A stretch of DNA of 64,000 nucleotides. Source: Tubulanus polymorphus. Lineage: Eukaryota; Animalia; Nemertea. Each line of letters starts with the position of its first letter. The first letter of the stretch is position 1. The DNA lies in contig NC_134027.1 of assembly GCF_964204645.1 (NCBI RefSeq), forward strand, positions 3,876,485 to 3,940,484, read 5' to 3'. The position numbers were made by a program, and so were the translations under genes. A model generated the notes under the pieces. The model saw only the letters and a program-made list of their open reading frames with translations. It was not told where the DNA came from and made no database searches. This document shows positions 27,753 through 42,401 of this stretch, in pieces.

Positions 27753-30700
27753 CCAGTTCAATTAACGACATTTCTGCTGCGAAAATCTTTTCGCCTAGAT
27801 ACTGAAACATGATAATAATCATCTATCATGTTTCATTTCATTATTCGAGAATTTTGGTAATCCTGCTTTCATATCTTACAGAAAAATAACCAGAATATAT
27901 CTTCTGATAAGATATCAACACAGACACGTCGCTTGAAGCGTTCGTAAAAATTCGTTTCTTTTTATCAATGTTTCCCGGCTGACCTAAGAAATCTATTTTG
28001 ATCATCGATTCGTTGTAAAATCAAAGATTGAAAACGATGCTCAATGCCACAACTCATAATTATAGCTAAGGAGGTCTTTTTCAGAGCTTGCTCTAAATTG
28101 ACTAGGCTTCCCGCGACGTTTACGAAAACAAATTGGCGTCTTCTGCGCTACGACACGAAAATCATCTGAAAGACGATGTCTTTCGTCTCTGCGATTAGAA
28201 CACTAATTCAGCCGGGCTGTACATTAATGCAGAAAGATATATATGTAAACCAGGTTGACTTTACTACACCTAAATTTAAATAAATGTAATTAATCAGGAA
28301 TAATTAATCAATGGCATTTTAGAATTTACATAATGTAGGTGATACATGAAACCCAATACTTACATTTCCCTAAACACCTTTTAAAATGTACCAGCTGGTG
28401 GAATTTATCGAGTAAGAACTACTATTTACTTTGCCAATACTTATCATACGAAAAGCAATAATAAAGTTTGAAATATTCACATTCATTGCCAGGGCGTGGC
28501 GTTTCCTTTGAGTGAATTATTTCGTGTTCTTAAATTATATTTCTACACTGACTGTAACACCAACTGGAATACGTAATAAAATTGACTCCAGCTTGCAAAA
28601 ACATTAGCAAAATTGTACCGCGCCAGCTGAGCTTTGCCAATAACGATTTATGCTCAACATTAAGGTTTAACCATCTATTCTATACATATTATTATATAAA
28701 ATCGAGTTCAATTTGTTCAGAATTTTTAATTTCAATCTTGAACAGATGTTCGGAATACATTTAACAGCTCATCAAATACAGTACACCGGGACTATTTTTC
28801 AGTATCAGTACCGGTATATTTTGTGAACGTCTTGCGTTTACCGCCATGATGCCAGTATATTTCCACCAGTCATTAATTTCGATGGAAAAATACAGGCACT
28901 TTCACGACTGATGCTGATTGCACGAAGTATACCTGCTTTAAACCTCCGTAACAAAAAGCGATATCACTTAATGCTTGATAGATCCAATCTTTTGGTATAT
29001 CGTAAAGTCAGCTTTTTATGGATCGTGAACAGCAAATTAATTGTACACTGGATGCGGGCGGCAACTCACCCAGCAATAATACCCTTTGGACAATGCGTTA
29101 CATAAAACAGAGAGGCTTATCAACGACTTTACACCGGCTAACCTCCGCTGAAACATAAAGACAGTTGCTTAAAGACCAAGCAGTTGGTAATTATCAACGA
29201 CTGACTAGTTTATCTTCTAGTCGTTGCTCGCAATTTATGTCACGAGCAATTGAAGAAATGTATCCGATGAACCATTCATATCGAACTGCGAATTGACAGC
29301 AGTTTCTTTCCACACAATGTTCTAGCTATTTCAGATAAGTTTGGACAACGGGCAAAAAGTTTCACCTATACGGTTTATATTTAAACGGATGGATTTTTCA
29401 TGAATCCTATTCGGAGCCCGAGGTGTAGAGGATATGAATCTAAATCTAAAACGGAACATGTGTTTTCACAGTAAAACGATCGCGCTGGTGACCAGTGTGG
29501 GTTTAATGCAATTCCGTGTTGCTTCAGATCACCACGCGCGCACTAAGTTGCTGTATTCGTCTGTAGTCATGTTCGGCGAAGACTGTCGTGGTACTTAAGA
29601 TCCTTTAATATCCGCTACTCGAACATTTCGACAAGACACTTTTCCAATATTTATTTTTCGTTTTGCGACAATATATCGAGACGCTCGAACTCTGTGTCCG
29701 CCTTATCGAACTGTAGAAACACCGCACTTCGTCGGATCGACCGCATCTTAATTTTCCCGTAAGCGAGACTGATTCATCAAACCAATTTAACCATAGTTCT
29801 TTCAGATAATGTTGTTTTCTGATATTGAATGGATAGCCATTGCGGTTCGATTGCGAATTGAAAAGTCCATCCACGACTAAGGAAAATGTCCGAATCGAAT
29901 AAAGATTTAATAATCTCGATTAATGAATACATAAATAATGACCGTCTCATATGTGCAATTAGTTTGTCAAACGTGTCTATTTCCAATACGGACTGAATTT
30001 ACATTTTCAGATATTCGGACCGAATAGAGCTCTGTCGAGTGTACTGTATAACGCGCTATTCTCCCGAATGTAATCTGCCCCGTTTTGCACCTAATTCTAA
30101 TGTAGTGCCTTTGTTCATTGGTTTATTCTTGGACTCAAATATGATTAATGTTCCAGGTTGTCTATTTTCGTTGAATACCAAACTTCAAATGATTCTGAAA
30201 TTAATGCCACTGCAAACTGTTCTCAAGTCACAGCCATTTTATGATATAACAGACGCCAAAGGACTGCCGTACTACCTGCTTTTATAAGCTTGTCACCTTA
30301 TAACTTGTAAACTAATTAAGGTATAAGTCACAGTAATATTCGAACGGTATCGCATGAATGTAAATGTCAAAAGTGATGTTTTCCTGTAAAATATCCGGAT
30401 GATCATGAGAAAAATATGCAGAGACTAGTTCAAGAATGATATAAAGTATATCGAATGATTTAGATTGTTGCGCCAGATAAGTGACGTGCTCTATATCTGA
30501 AAATTACGTGTCAAGTTTAAATGGCCACTTGGAGATCCTGACGTGAGAAAATAGCGGCGATGATCTTGAAAGATTTCCATCGAAAACGATTTGGGATCTG
30601 CTAAAAATAGTTTTCGATTTTCACAACAACAAAAGTAATCCCTTTTAAACTAGGTTCATTAACGCCCGACGAGACACGTATTGCATTCTATATCTCGGTT

Positions 30701-33672
30701 TTCGACGTTAGCATATTATCATTTTTCGATTTAAACCGCCATTTTTATGTTATTTACTTTGAGTGAATAGCGGAACAGACTCAATAGTGAGAGAAAAAAG
30801 AAGCTTTATTCACATGTTGACGCATGATACGAATCTTCTCAACGACGAGAAAGATTTCTTATCTTTTAATGAAAAACACAAACAACGTCTGGCGATTGTC
30901 ACAGAATAAAGTCAGTGAATCCGTCAACACTAAGGCCTTAAAGGATAGTCTTACAACATCCTCACTCTTAATGATATCGTCAATTCTATCGTGGACTCTA
31001 ATACGTTTTAGCGTCCATGATTGTTATGATTATTTGGCTTTGTGTACAGAAAGTACTGGGTTTCAAGTGTTAATAACTGGTTTTACATGTCATTAAATTT
31101 TCACCAGTACTGTGAGATACTTAAAAACCCTGTAGAACTGGAATTTTTGAACACCGATTAACAGCTGGAGAAGTGGCCATCATATCACATATACTTCATA
31201 TATTTTACATGTATATCATTGACAGTCGAGAAATAGCCCAAAGGGCTCCATGCTTCTGATGTTAGAGTCCTACAGGTGTATCTTGTTTCCTAGCCATATT
31301 AATCTAGTATTTCTCCCAACGCACCAGCAGCTAATAGAACAACTTTGTGATACCTTGCGTTACCTTCGGTAATCTTCTCCGTGAAGATCAGACACAAATT
31401 CTTATGCGATTGGTGCATATTCGCTGTTAGTTGAACCCGATTACCACATTAAGATAAATAATTAGCTTTGCCATCCATTATATAAAGATGAAAAAAATCC
31501 TTCCTTTCTGTGTGGCGTGCATTAATGTATCGCTCATAACAATCATTTTTCATTAAATTGTACATCAAAATATTTCTCGGTCGTATTTCAATAAACCTTT
31601 AAAAATCATTAAGTGGGCGTATGAAATGAGACCAGCTTTGATCCGTAACAGCAATAAATCCAGTGAGGCTTTGTATTTAAAAACTATGGAACTGCTGGTT
31701 GAAAATCAAACGCCATCATACACCCAAAAAAACTCATTGGAAATTGGTTAGGCTAAATATTTTTATGAATTTCTATTATGAAGTAAATCAATTTGAAAGT
31801 TTTATTCAAAAGCGTATAATAATATTTTGATTAGGTCTTTCTTCAAACTATGAAGGATTTATGATAAAATCATCCAAAGAATTTATTAATTATGAAATGA
31901 AATCTACTTCAACGGCTGCTTAGTTCGGATCTGACAGTATTCATGTGATCTTTCTTTTTTCTATAGATATGCAGCTGATTTATGAGAAGCGGCTTGGAAA
32001 TGTAGAATTTTCTTCTGGGAATTTAATTAAGTGGATGGTTGGTTTTATCTTACAGTGTTTTTGTATTTCTTCCTCGCTGTTTTCATTTGTTAACAGAACG
32101 AGGAAGATGAAACAAAAATTCATAAAGTAAAGGAAATTAATGAAATTAATAAATATCAGGTCTGTCTATAGAAGGAAATTACTTTCTTCAGACTCTCTCA
32201 GATTTCTGTGTGCATTACCTTCAATTGTATCAACACGATGTGAAAAATATTAATATTAGAAATTTGATCTCAGTAGCTTTTGATATTGATATTGTGATTT
32301 TTGATGAGGAAAATCGGATAGATTCCTCACGTATTGTCTTTTGTTTCGAGCTCGATATGTCTTTTTATTCGGAGAAAAGAAGTTGTAATCCCATCTTTGT
32401 TCAGATGAGATTCCCGTGAAGAGTACATTTCGAAGACTGAGACGCTCTTCTGGTGCGTTTCCCACGAAAATCGACCCCGATATTGCTAATAACTGTCCCG
32501 GACGACGGCCACGATACTGACAGGCAAAAGTACAAGCTTATGTCACGTTTTACTAGTAGGTCTAAGTTGTAACGTTGCGAGCCGCAAGATTGCCCCTTAA
32601 CGTTCAGATACTGGGAAAGCAAAAACGTCCCATTTTTTTACAAAATAATCACGATTCGGCCCTTCAAATAGATCTCCATCGACGAGAAAATAGAAAAAAA
32701 TGTCGTGGAAGGATGCTCAGGGGAATGTCTCATTCATGCAAGGAGAAGCTCGTGACGTCTTTGCTCCTGATAGAAACAGGAATAGAGTTGCTCCATCATC
32801 TTTGATCGTCCTGTTGTTACATTTCAACAATTATTACGTAGGTTACTTGAACTAATAATGCACATAATTCTTACGGCTTTGAGGAAATTCGTTTTATTTC
32901 AAATGAATATCAGATTTTTCATTCTTTCGCTTCAAAGTTCAGTACCGGTAATCTGGGCTTAAACTCGTAATATTCCCCTGTACGGATTCCATCATCTCAG
33001 TTACTGAGAGAATTTTCGACGAAGAAGAATCTTCAGTAAATCAGCGAATCATTGCGTATTGTGGTATGGTTGAGTAGCTCGGAGTTAAGGGGCTTTTGTG
33101 ATGTGTGACTCGATACGCCAAAGCTTTCATAACCTGTCAAATGAAGGCAAAAATCCCATCATACGTTTCTATTATGTACGTAGGTACAACCACGGACGTA
33201 TAAACTAGATTATATATACATCCGTGGTATATATATACAACTCATGTTCAATCATCTCCCATTGTCACAAGGATCCGACTTTACATCGTTCATTCGAAAT
33301 GCGTGTATCAAAAAGCCGTGATTTCCATCAACGGGCAGTGGCGATGATGAAATGAAGTCCCGCTAATTGTCTATAACGAAGGGCTACGTAGTAAGCATAA
33401 TGATTCCCCGGTGAATTGTGAATTAACCAGTAGCGAATAGATTCTTTCAAGTCTGGAATATGGCATTCTCTGGGTTCAATATCAAGGCGATATTAATTGC
33501 ATATAACATCGTCGGGACGTACTACGAACTTGACTCGGGAGCGCTCTGTTTGTTTCTCAAATTCTCTATCGACGAACGCAATGTACTATTCCGCATATCT
33601 TATTTCAAAGCACATATCCGATCATTCCGTTTCGTAAGATACGAGAGTCTATCTGATATCTAGTTTTATCTT

Positions 33673-33956
<284 letters not shown>

Positions 33957-34669
33957 TACCATCTGATTTGTGTATGCCAGTAGATTTTTTCTGGTGATCA
34001 CAAATAAGTCAAAATGTACTGGATAACCCGATTTCTCTATTAAGAACGATTGGTGGCTCATATATACGCTGTAATACATGAGGTTTTGTAGTTCGATGAA
34101 TGCAAGTCCTCTCGTGGAAATTTACTAGAAGACTCGAGCATCTTGATCGGGATTCTTGAATACTTTCTGCAATCCGCAAAGGGCACCGCTGCTTAGACAC
34201 AAGTGGTGAAACAGACTGGGAGCTCAAACCGCACCGACAGAAATGATCAATACATTCGCACCGTGCATCCAACAAGACACCAGGATAGATACGACTCACA
34301 GCAAACACTGTATTCACTGAATACTTCAGAGTTTTCGGTTTGTAAAATAACAACTGTTCCCTCTCGGCTACTGACACGCACTTCGAATCCTACTTACACT
34401 ATCACACACTCTGGCTATTATATTGGGGTCTGAAAGGTTGATAAAAGGATAGAAGAATCCAGGGGTAGATGCCTAGGAACCAATCTAATATGGAAACACT
34501 AAGTGATTCCGCTATTTGATTCAGCGCCCTGATGACCATACACAAAGCTAATGACATTGAAACTCACCACAATTATAGAACATGGCACGAGCAATAGCTT
34601 AGCAATTGATTGCGGTTACAAAACATGCACAGGTACCAATACAAATAGACAAATTGTATGTGATTCAAT

Positions 34670-35034
34670 ATTTACTCCCCCTGGTGGCAATAACAAGAAA
34701 TTGGGTGAGATGTATCCTGTGACAGTGATAATAGAATTCTAATTTCAAGACGATAAGTTAAAAGCTGTTGATATTTTCCCCTATTATACCTTTTTCCGCC
34801 TTTTTCCGAATGAGGACTGATGACACCTAAAATCGGCCATCTTGATTCTAAACAGGTCAGATTTTGGGCTGAAGATGTGTTTAGAGGAGATACATGTATG
34901 ATATGAACAGAGTTCTATTGAAGTTCTTTAAAACATCCGAAAATAACTGGATTCGTCTGGACGAATGGACGGACGACGGACTAACAATGAACGCAATAGC
35001 CCGCAAGGACAAAAGTTCCAACCGGGCTAGAAAA
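34670..35034 (-). mobile_element. Probable terminus of a non-autonomous Helentron/DINE-1-like element (left boundary uncertain)
   Basis: On the minus strand: T-run, inverted repeat TAGCCCG...CGGGCTA (34997-35003 / 35023-35029), then a GTCC/GTC microsatellite (34959-34981). This T-rich site + IR + GTCY layout is the known HINE/DINE-1 end architecture. No matching opposite end was found. Confidence 0.5.
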
Positions 35035-36768
35035 ATTCTATTCTGTTTTGGTTAATGTATATTTTAGATGTAGCCAACAAGTGCTCTTATCATATTGTGA
35101 GAGCAATAGGAAATTAACCACGCTGAGTAAACTGTATTGTCGTTTAAATAGCTTCCTGCGTCTTCGAGCCCTTGAGGTATTAATTCTGTTCCGGTTTTGA
35201 TGGAACGTCGAGACAGATTTTCACCGTTCAGTGAATAGAAATCGGGAAGAAATCGATCAAAGCCGCGTAGTAGACATATTTCTAACTTCCTGTGTTGATG
35301 ATGGAGATAGGTGTGAAGAGAAATAATGTAGGAATATGAATCGGCACTTCAAAACATTTCATACGAGAGGATTCTAATCTTTACAACTTGTTGAAAATTG
35401 ATAGTATTAGATATATTTTCTCTGTTTTTTATTTAACCAGTCTTTTGACATTTTCAACGTTTTGATCACATTTCTTAACTTCCTTTGACGCTTTAGAAGT
35501 TGCAAAACGTTGCCTAAATACTACAACAACCATGCACAGTACCTTAATGAAACATGAAATTTCCGCGTCGCGTCAAAATAATGAAATTTCTAATCAAGCT
35601 CAGTTCCCGATGCTAGCGGCATTTCATAGTCAAGAGTCAATTTATTTTGAAATGCTACGCGGTCTACGAATGTCGACACAGCAATCGAGGCTTCGGGCCT
35701 TAGTACTGTATTAAAATTTATTAACGCCGGATATGAAAGAACCACCCCTTATAAAAGTGATATGATTGGTTCTTCCTGAATTATTAGAAACGATAGGTTG
35801 TGACAAATTGCACGTGCACCTTGAGGGTGACATGTAGAAATTGCGACATCGAAAAGATGTAAAATGATTATACTATTTTCGCGGTAGCGACCGAAATGAA
35901 CAGTTTCTGATGTCGTAATTACTCATTCCAAGACATTATTTGCGAGACAAATATCATGATAACTTTACACCTGAAAGTCGATTTTCATAGGGATTTTCAT
36001 CTCCACATATAAATGATAAATAACCAGGTTTTCAAATAGCATTACACCAACAACTAGAAAAAATATTTTGCAACTGCGTCAGAAGTTCAAGAGTATTTCT
36101 TCCAATTCGGGCTTGCGGTGCTTGTAAACAGATTCGATTATGATAGCTTACGCATATACTACAAATATCGAAAGGTTTCGTTTATGAACAGCTGAATTTC
36201 ACGTAGCAAGTAGTTTATCTATATACGTGAGGCCCACTAGGAGTCGAAGGTGAAAATTTCGTAAATGAAAGGTGCGTATGCACGAAACAGGACGTACAAC
36301 GATAGATTACTATTTATCCAAAACTATTAGTCGAAAGAAACAAATTGCAAACGTCGTTTCGGAAGCACTGAGCCGTTAAACGAGTACTTTTTAAACGAAT
36401 TGAGTTGCAAACGTGCAGAAAATTGAGTGGAAGGGTGGATGGGTGATGTTGTGACGATGAAAATAAACGTTATATCTTCGCAGGTCGGTTTGGATAGGAA
36501 TAATACATGACTTCCATTTGCCAGTATCCATTGCATATTTATGGTAGATGACATTATGTTCACCTGAATTGATTTGACGAGGAGCATATGTTTGTGGCAC
36601 ATATCTCATTCAGCAATCGCGCGAGTCAATTCATTATCAACCTGATTCAATGATAAGTGTATTGGCCAGTAAAAATGATTCTAGTCCATCTATCATTATT
36701 GAATACGTCTTAACTGATTACCTTAATACTCTCATGTTTGTAAATATTGTAACTTATTTTTATTCCAG

Positions 36769-36881
36769 GAGCCGGTTCCAAAGTTGAGACGTAAGTCCAA
36801 AGGAAAGTTGTCGTAAATCTTAAGATAGGTCGTAAGTAGTAGACTGATCTTAGATTTAAGTCATTGCTATGGAGCCAGCCC
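36769..36881. mobile_element. Decayed 113-bp MITE, PIF/Harbinger-like
   Basis: Imperfect TIRs GAGCCGGTTCCA... vs the reverse complement GGGCTGGCTCCA... (9/12; about 21/32 when extended), with CAG on both sides (36766-36768, 36882-36884) as a 3-bp TSD. Confidence 0.5.
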
Positions 36882-38518
36882 CAGTTTACCTAAACGTACC
36901 AAAGTACAATTACTTCAATGTCTAGGAAAACTTTTTGGTAGGGGGACGTATATGTGCACTCATCAGGTTGTCACCAGTTATCAAACTCGCCTGTAATGCG
37001 CCTGTACAAACTCATAATCCCACGTTACATTAGCCACTAATGCAATTAGTACTAGAATCAACACAACTTGCATTTGTCATTTCAAATTACAATACTGGTC
37101 GGCACTGGTGGCACTAAGCCCTTTTCCAACATATCAAGGCTTACGTGCTAGTAAATTTCTTGGAATTTAAACTACTGATTCGGAAATTACTAGGTTGCAT
37201 TGCTGAGCTTCGGAGTTTTATGTTATAACCTTATAATGGCTGGTCGTCAGTTTCTGGATTTTAGTGCATACCGGCCCAAATTAAGAACAGAAATGGCAGT
37301 AAAATGCTGAAATATTTGCCATACTTCAGTAATGGCTGACTGATTGCCACGTTGCCACATTTTCTCATCGTTTAATCTAGCTGTGAACTCTGACTGAAGA
37401 ACGAAGTTGACCATATCAACACAGGATTCAACTGAGTTATTACTCATCGGTAAATACACCACAGGACTAGCTTACATACACTTGTCGACATCTTTCTCTT
37501 ATTTTCTTCGGTAAACGGAAAAGCTTTTTAGGATGGTATTTTCCAACATTCATTTTCTTCGCGTTTGAATTATCGAAGTCTATCAATTTAATTGATTGCA
37601 TTATCACGAATTAATTCATTAATATTGGTTTTGAAATTCAGATTGCAATATCCGGATATGTATCTCAACATATGTGACAGCATTATGAATAATATACATT
37701 ATCTATAGTTTAAGCTCCCGTTATGGTATACTAGGGTAGTATACTTTAATCTGCGTTCTGAAAAGTGATTTCGCTGTGTCACATGTTACCATTTCATATG
37801 CCAACTTACATTACCGCCTGTCAAACATCCTATAGAATGCAGAAAATATATATTTTCCTATGACAAGCTCGATCAAATTAAACGATTGTAAGCCTAACTC
37901 AAAATTAAAAAATCGTAAAACCATAATCATTAAAATGGAAATGGAATACTTTGAAATTCAATTGAATTAATGGATTTTTGTAATTAGTTAGTTTTATATT
38001 TTAACCCAAGGGGAAATTTACGCGATTATATCAATCATTCAATAGACCGTTACTGAAATGATTCGCCGTGGGCGATTGAATTAATTGAAATATTCAATAT
38101 GTCTGTTTTCGTTGTTGGCAACAACCCAAGTAATAAAATCTGTATTAACTAAATCGAACCTTTCTATAATGAATATAAACTCACCTAATAAACATAATAC
38201 TGTGACGTTCATGAAAATTCTGACGTAGGTTTCGACGACTGGTGATTATTCACGATGAATCCCTCGAAACAGAGGAGATTAAATGAAAAACACCGCTCTC
38301 GAATAAAACTTAGAACAAAACAATAATCGTTCTCTTAATAACAGGTGTGCTGAATGTCGCGGCGTTAATCTCGCTGTAGGCGGGTAGTGGACAAACTTGC
38401 AAACCCATTAATATTCGTGTCCCCTGAACTAACATGGCCTTTTGCTAACCAGACAGAAACAATTAACAGGAAAATTATTTTCGACTTTAGTTGCTTTGTC
38501 CAAAAGAGGTACCGTTTT

Positions 38519-38565
38519 ATATACATTTATATATACATATATATATATTTATATATATATATATA
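38519..38565. repeat. Degenerate (AT)n tract
   Basis: Interrupted AT repeats, read directly. Confidence 0.8.
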
Positions 38566-40876
38566 ATTGTAGTGAATAACGAAGAATTATAAAGAAACCT
38601 AGACTTATTGATATGCTATATGCAGGCTTTTTGGTTATATTCTAACAATTGCTACAATGTAAAAACAGTGCAATATCGGTCAACAGATTTTTGCAATGTT
38701 AAATTCGATTCAGTGCTCTTCGATCGGCATACAAGAGCCATTTATACACACGTTCTAGATAAACAATTTTTTTCAAACTTGTACATTGATTTAATCCGCA
38801 TGTATATAACAGTTGAGAGACACTATTAATGTTAAATGTGGGGACGACACGGCAACTTGATTATGTGCCGTGTATTGTGCTCCAAGCTTGATATGATATA
38901 AGAGATGAAATTATTGATGAAAATTGTTTAGTCTGTGTAATGAAAAATGATCAATGAGAGCATCTTAGATAATTGAAACAGTGCGTGAAATGCATCAACG
39001 TCTTAATTGCTGTGTTAAGAGTTAGACATATATATCTTATCAATGATTTCAACCTACATGATATGGAGAACCCTTACTGTCTGTCTGTCATCAATTGATT
39101 ATGATATTGAGTTATGCTAATTTTGTCATAAAAGTTGTAATACTTTGACAATAAAGTTCATATATATCAATGATAAAAAGCACGTCCATTACCAAACACA
39201 GGCTTAGTGATTTTTAATAAATGTTTTAGTACGCTCATAGATAAATATATGATTCATGTAAGAGTCTACGGCAACAGGTGGATCGACGTCAACCTATTTC
39301 CAAACAAAAATGTTATTGTAGAGAATGGATCCATGATTTTCCGTAAATAATTCAAGTGACAATACCTGGTTTGAAAATAGAAACATTTATTATGTCTTGT
39401 CATAATTAAATCACAAAAGTCCGACTCAATCTATTATCGGAAGTATCGGGTCCCTCGGTGAAAATAAAGCCGTCGAACGACCTTCACAGCAGCGATTGAG
39501 CAGTCAGTTCAGATTAAAGGAAAACATGCTTCATTTACTGAATTAATCGATACGACCTATGTGCGAAAGACGTGACCTTTCTGTGAGTGACGTGAACGTC
39601 GGCATCAAATCCCCGTTATAGAATCTTAAGTCGACACATATTTCATAAACTCGGGCCAGCTGTCAACTGTGAGGTGCGATTCTGGATCTAAGCCGCGGCT
39701 TCAATTACCGGTGACAGACCGGTTGACAAACGCCCTATGTCCGTCGAGCTTTCCGCTACAGTAGGTCGTTGATGATAGATGATTATTCCCTCGTGATGGA
39801 TAGCGAGATTTTGCAATCATAAATTCGTACCTACTCGAAATCTATCCCACATCCATGAAAAACAAGACCAATATCAGAACTTGTTTGTATTTTCTAGTTT
39901 GATGCTATGATGTGAAGTTCGCCGATTGACGTGAAAGGGTTCGTCGCGCTACCAAATAGCTGCATGTAACAAACAGTTCTCGGCAAAAGTTTCCCTGTGC
40001 GCTAGTGAAAGGCCGGACTATATTGCAAATCCCTATACGATCCGAGGGTAAATTCAGTTCGTTCTGAGTCTAACGGGTTTTTGGGGGAACACATTATCAA
40101 TATTACATCAGACAATGACACTTCATTTTTTGAGTATATTTCCCGAAAGACTGGTTCGAATTATAGATGTCATTCGTGATATGCGGATATTAGTCGAAAT
40201 GATATCACGATATCTACTTCATTGAAAGAATGATTTTTGCTTAGCGTGGATGCTACTCCCTTCATGTACTAAAAACTAAACGAAAAAAACATTTCCAAGA
40301 GAGTATCATATTTATGAATTTCGTTACTTGTGAATTAGATTTGAATTCGAAAAATACGGTTCAATGACTTTTCCATTCACAATGTCTTATGGCGCTAAAA
40401 CGACCCATCTTGTCACTTTGTAATAAAATGCTATTTTGCCAGACTTGTACGTATACAGTATAATAGTAATTTGGGTTCTATCTAGTCGAACCATTAACAT
40501 TATCAAGCATTATACATAAACCCTAATGAATAATGCCGTCAGACGGGGCAATTGAAATGCTTCTAGTCGATATACATACGTTAGCTAACGATTAGATGCC
40601 GCAGATTATTTGAGGATTACACAGTTCCTTCGGGGGTCAAGAAACATTCGCCTTATTGCATATGAGAAATTATGTCGCATTGCGGCATCCAAATCAACCA
40701 AATTAATGATGATCCCAGATTGTGCACCTAATTCCACCTGTACACCCGAACAATGCAAGTGATCGGATAATTTCTAGCAAACTAAACAGAATTACTTTGA
40801 CGTTGTCGAGACGGATTCTCGTCTCAGTTCACACACGGATTCACATATAAATGAGAAAATCTGACGGAACACTTAC

Positions 40877-40955
40877 CTTGCAGCTAAAGTATATCGCTTT
40901 GATGGATGGGTTTCGTCACCGGTCAAACTGATGTTGCGACAGCGGTCGCGACTGA
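40877..40955 (-). other. Candidate non-coding 5' exon (possibly of the TRHR gene)
   Basis: Consensus donor AAG|GTAAGT at 40876-40871 on the minus strand, preceded by two TCAGTY initiator-like motifs (40955-40950, 40931-40926). Motif evidence only. Confidence 0.25.
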
Positions 40956-42267
40956 AGCTATCATGTGTACAGCTGCTACAAACTCGTCCTGCCACCACGT
41001 TTAATCGAACAAATTGCTTCCGACAAATGCGGATTATATAAATATTTCAATTAGCCATAGACAACAGAACTAACCACTATCCCATTGGGGGATAGCATGG
41101 ATTCGTGCGCGCTGTAAATGGCTATTGCTTTTTTTTCGAAATAATCATTATTTCTTTCGTTGTCTCATCAAATGTATTCTGGCGTACTTCTGATAGATCA
41201 TTTTGGCAATAACGTGTTTTTTTTTGTGTGAAAATCGTCAAACTTAAAAAATGGGTTTTCATTATGTACGAAATTGGAACAATGAAAAGAGGAAGCTTCA
41301 TTAATATAAACATAGCGGTATCAACTACCAGTATATATGGAACAGGCTACCTACAGGTGCACGACCAATGAAGTTTAGCTTGAATAATTCATCAAACCAA
41401 TGTTTTCCACGAAACCAACGATATTTTATGTCATGGACATATAAACTGGGTGTATACCATATGCCTTGTTACAATTTAGATCGAAGAAGATTCATACTGA
41501 ATGTATTAGGCTTGCTATTTACTATTAAAGATGAAATAAGCCTCTGAAGCAGCCTTGATAGTAACAACGTCGTGGGACATCGTGGGCATGTATGTCCGCG
41601 GGTGCAACTCGCTGCATCCGTGAGTTGCGTCGCAAGTCGACTGGGGTCTTTACGTCCTAGTGGCAAGTTTTAAGACGGCAACAGAATAAGAACTGATCTT
41701 TTCGTGTTCCAATTTGAAACAAGCAATTGTACTGACATAGATGCTGGTTGACATTCCCAAATCGATTGTTCTGACAAGTGTTTTACTTCAACTTATTGCT
41801 CTTACTTTACGCCGGGTTGGGTTCAACTATAATTTGCGATTCATGACCGATGATGCCAAATCAATATATTTTCTATTTCTATGTCTGGTAAGTTTTTTCA
41901 CTTATTTTCAATTCTTCCTCCCTAAAACTACGTTAAAAGTCGCTATTTTGTAAAAGCTCATGTCTACCGGACTGTATAGAGACCCCAAGCCAGGTTTCTC
42001 TCTCGCAATCTCCGCGCTTATTTCCGCTATAACGATAATTTAGCCGTTATTCCTCCCCAAAATGTCAGCTCTTGTGCTGGGAAATGTATAATAAAATTAC
42101 TGGAGACAATACATCTTGTGGAAGTCATTAGGATAAAACGAGACAGTGTTTTCGCTGTCTCTTCTGTGAAACAAAGCAAGACGCCTATTATAAATGACGA
42201 GCGCCTTGTATAAACGATTTCCCATCCTACCTTCTGGCGTATGGTTAATCACGTGAGGATCGTCATT

Positions 42268-42401
<134 letters not shown>

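Noticed and set aside
33060-33125. Possible tRNA/SINE A- and B-boxes
   Set aside because: The boxes are degenerate and there is no cloverleaf or tail.
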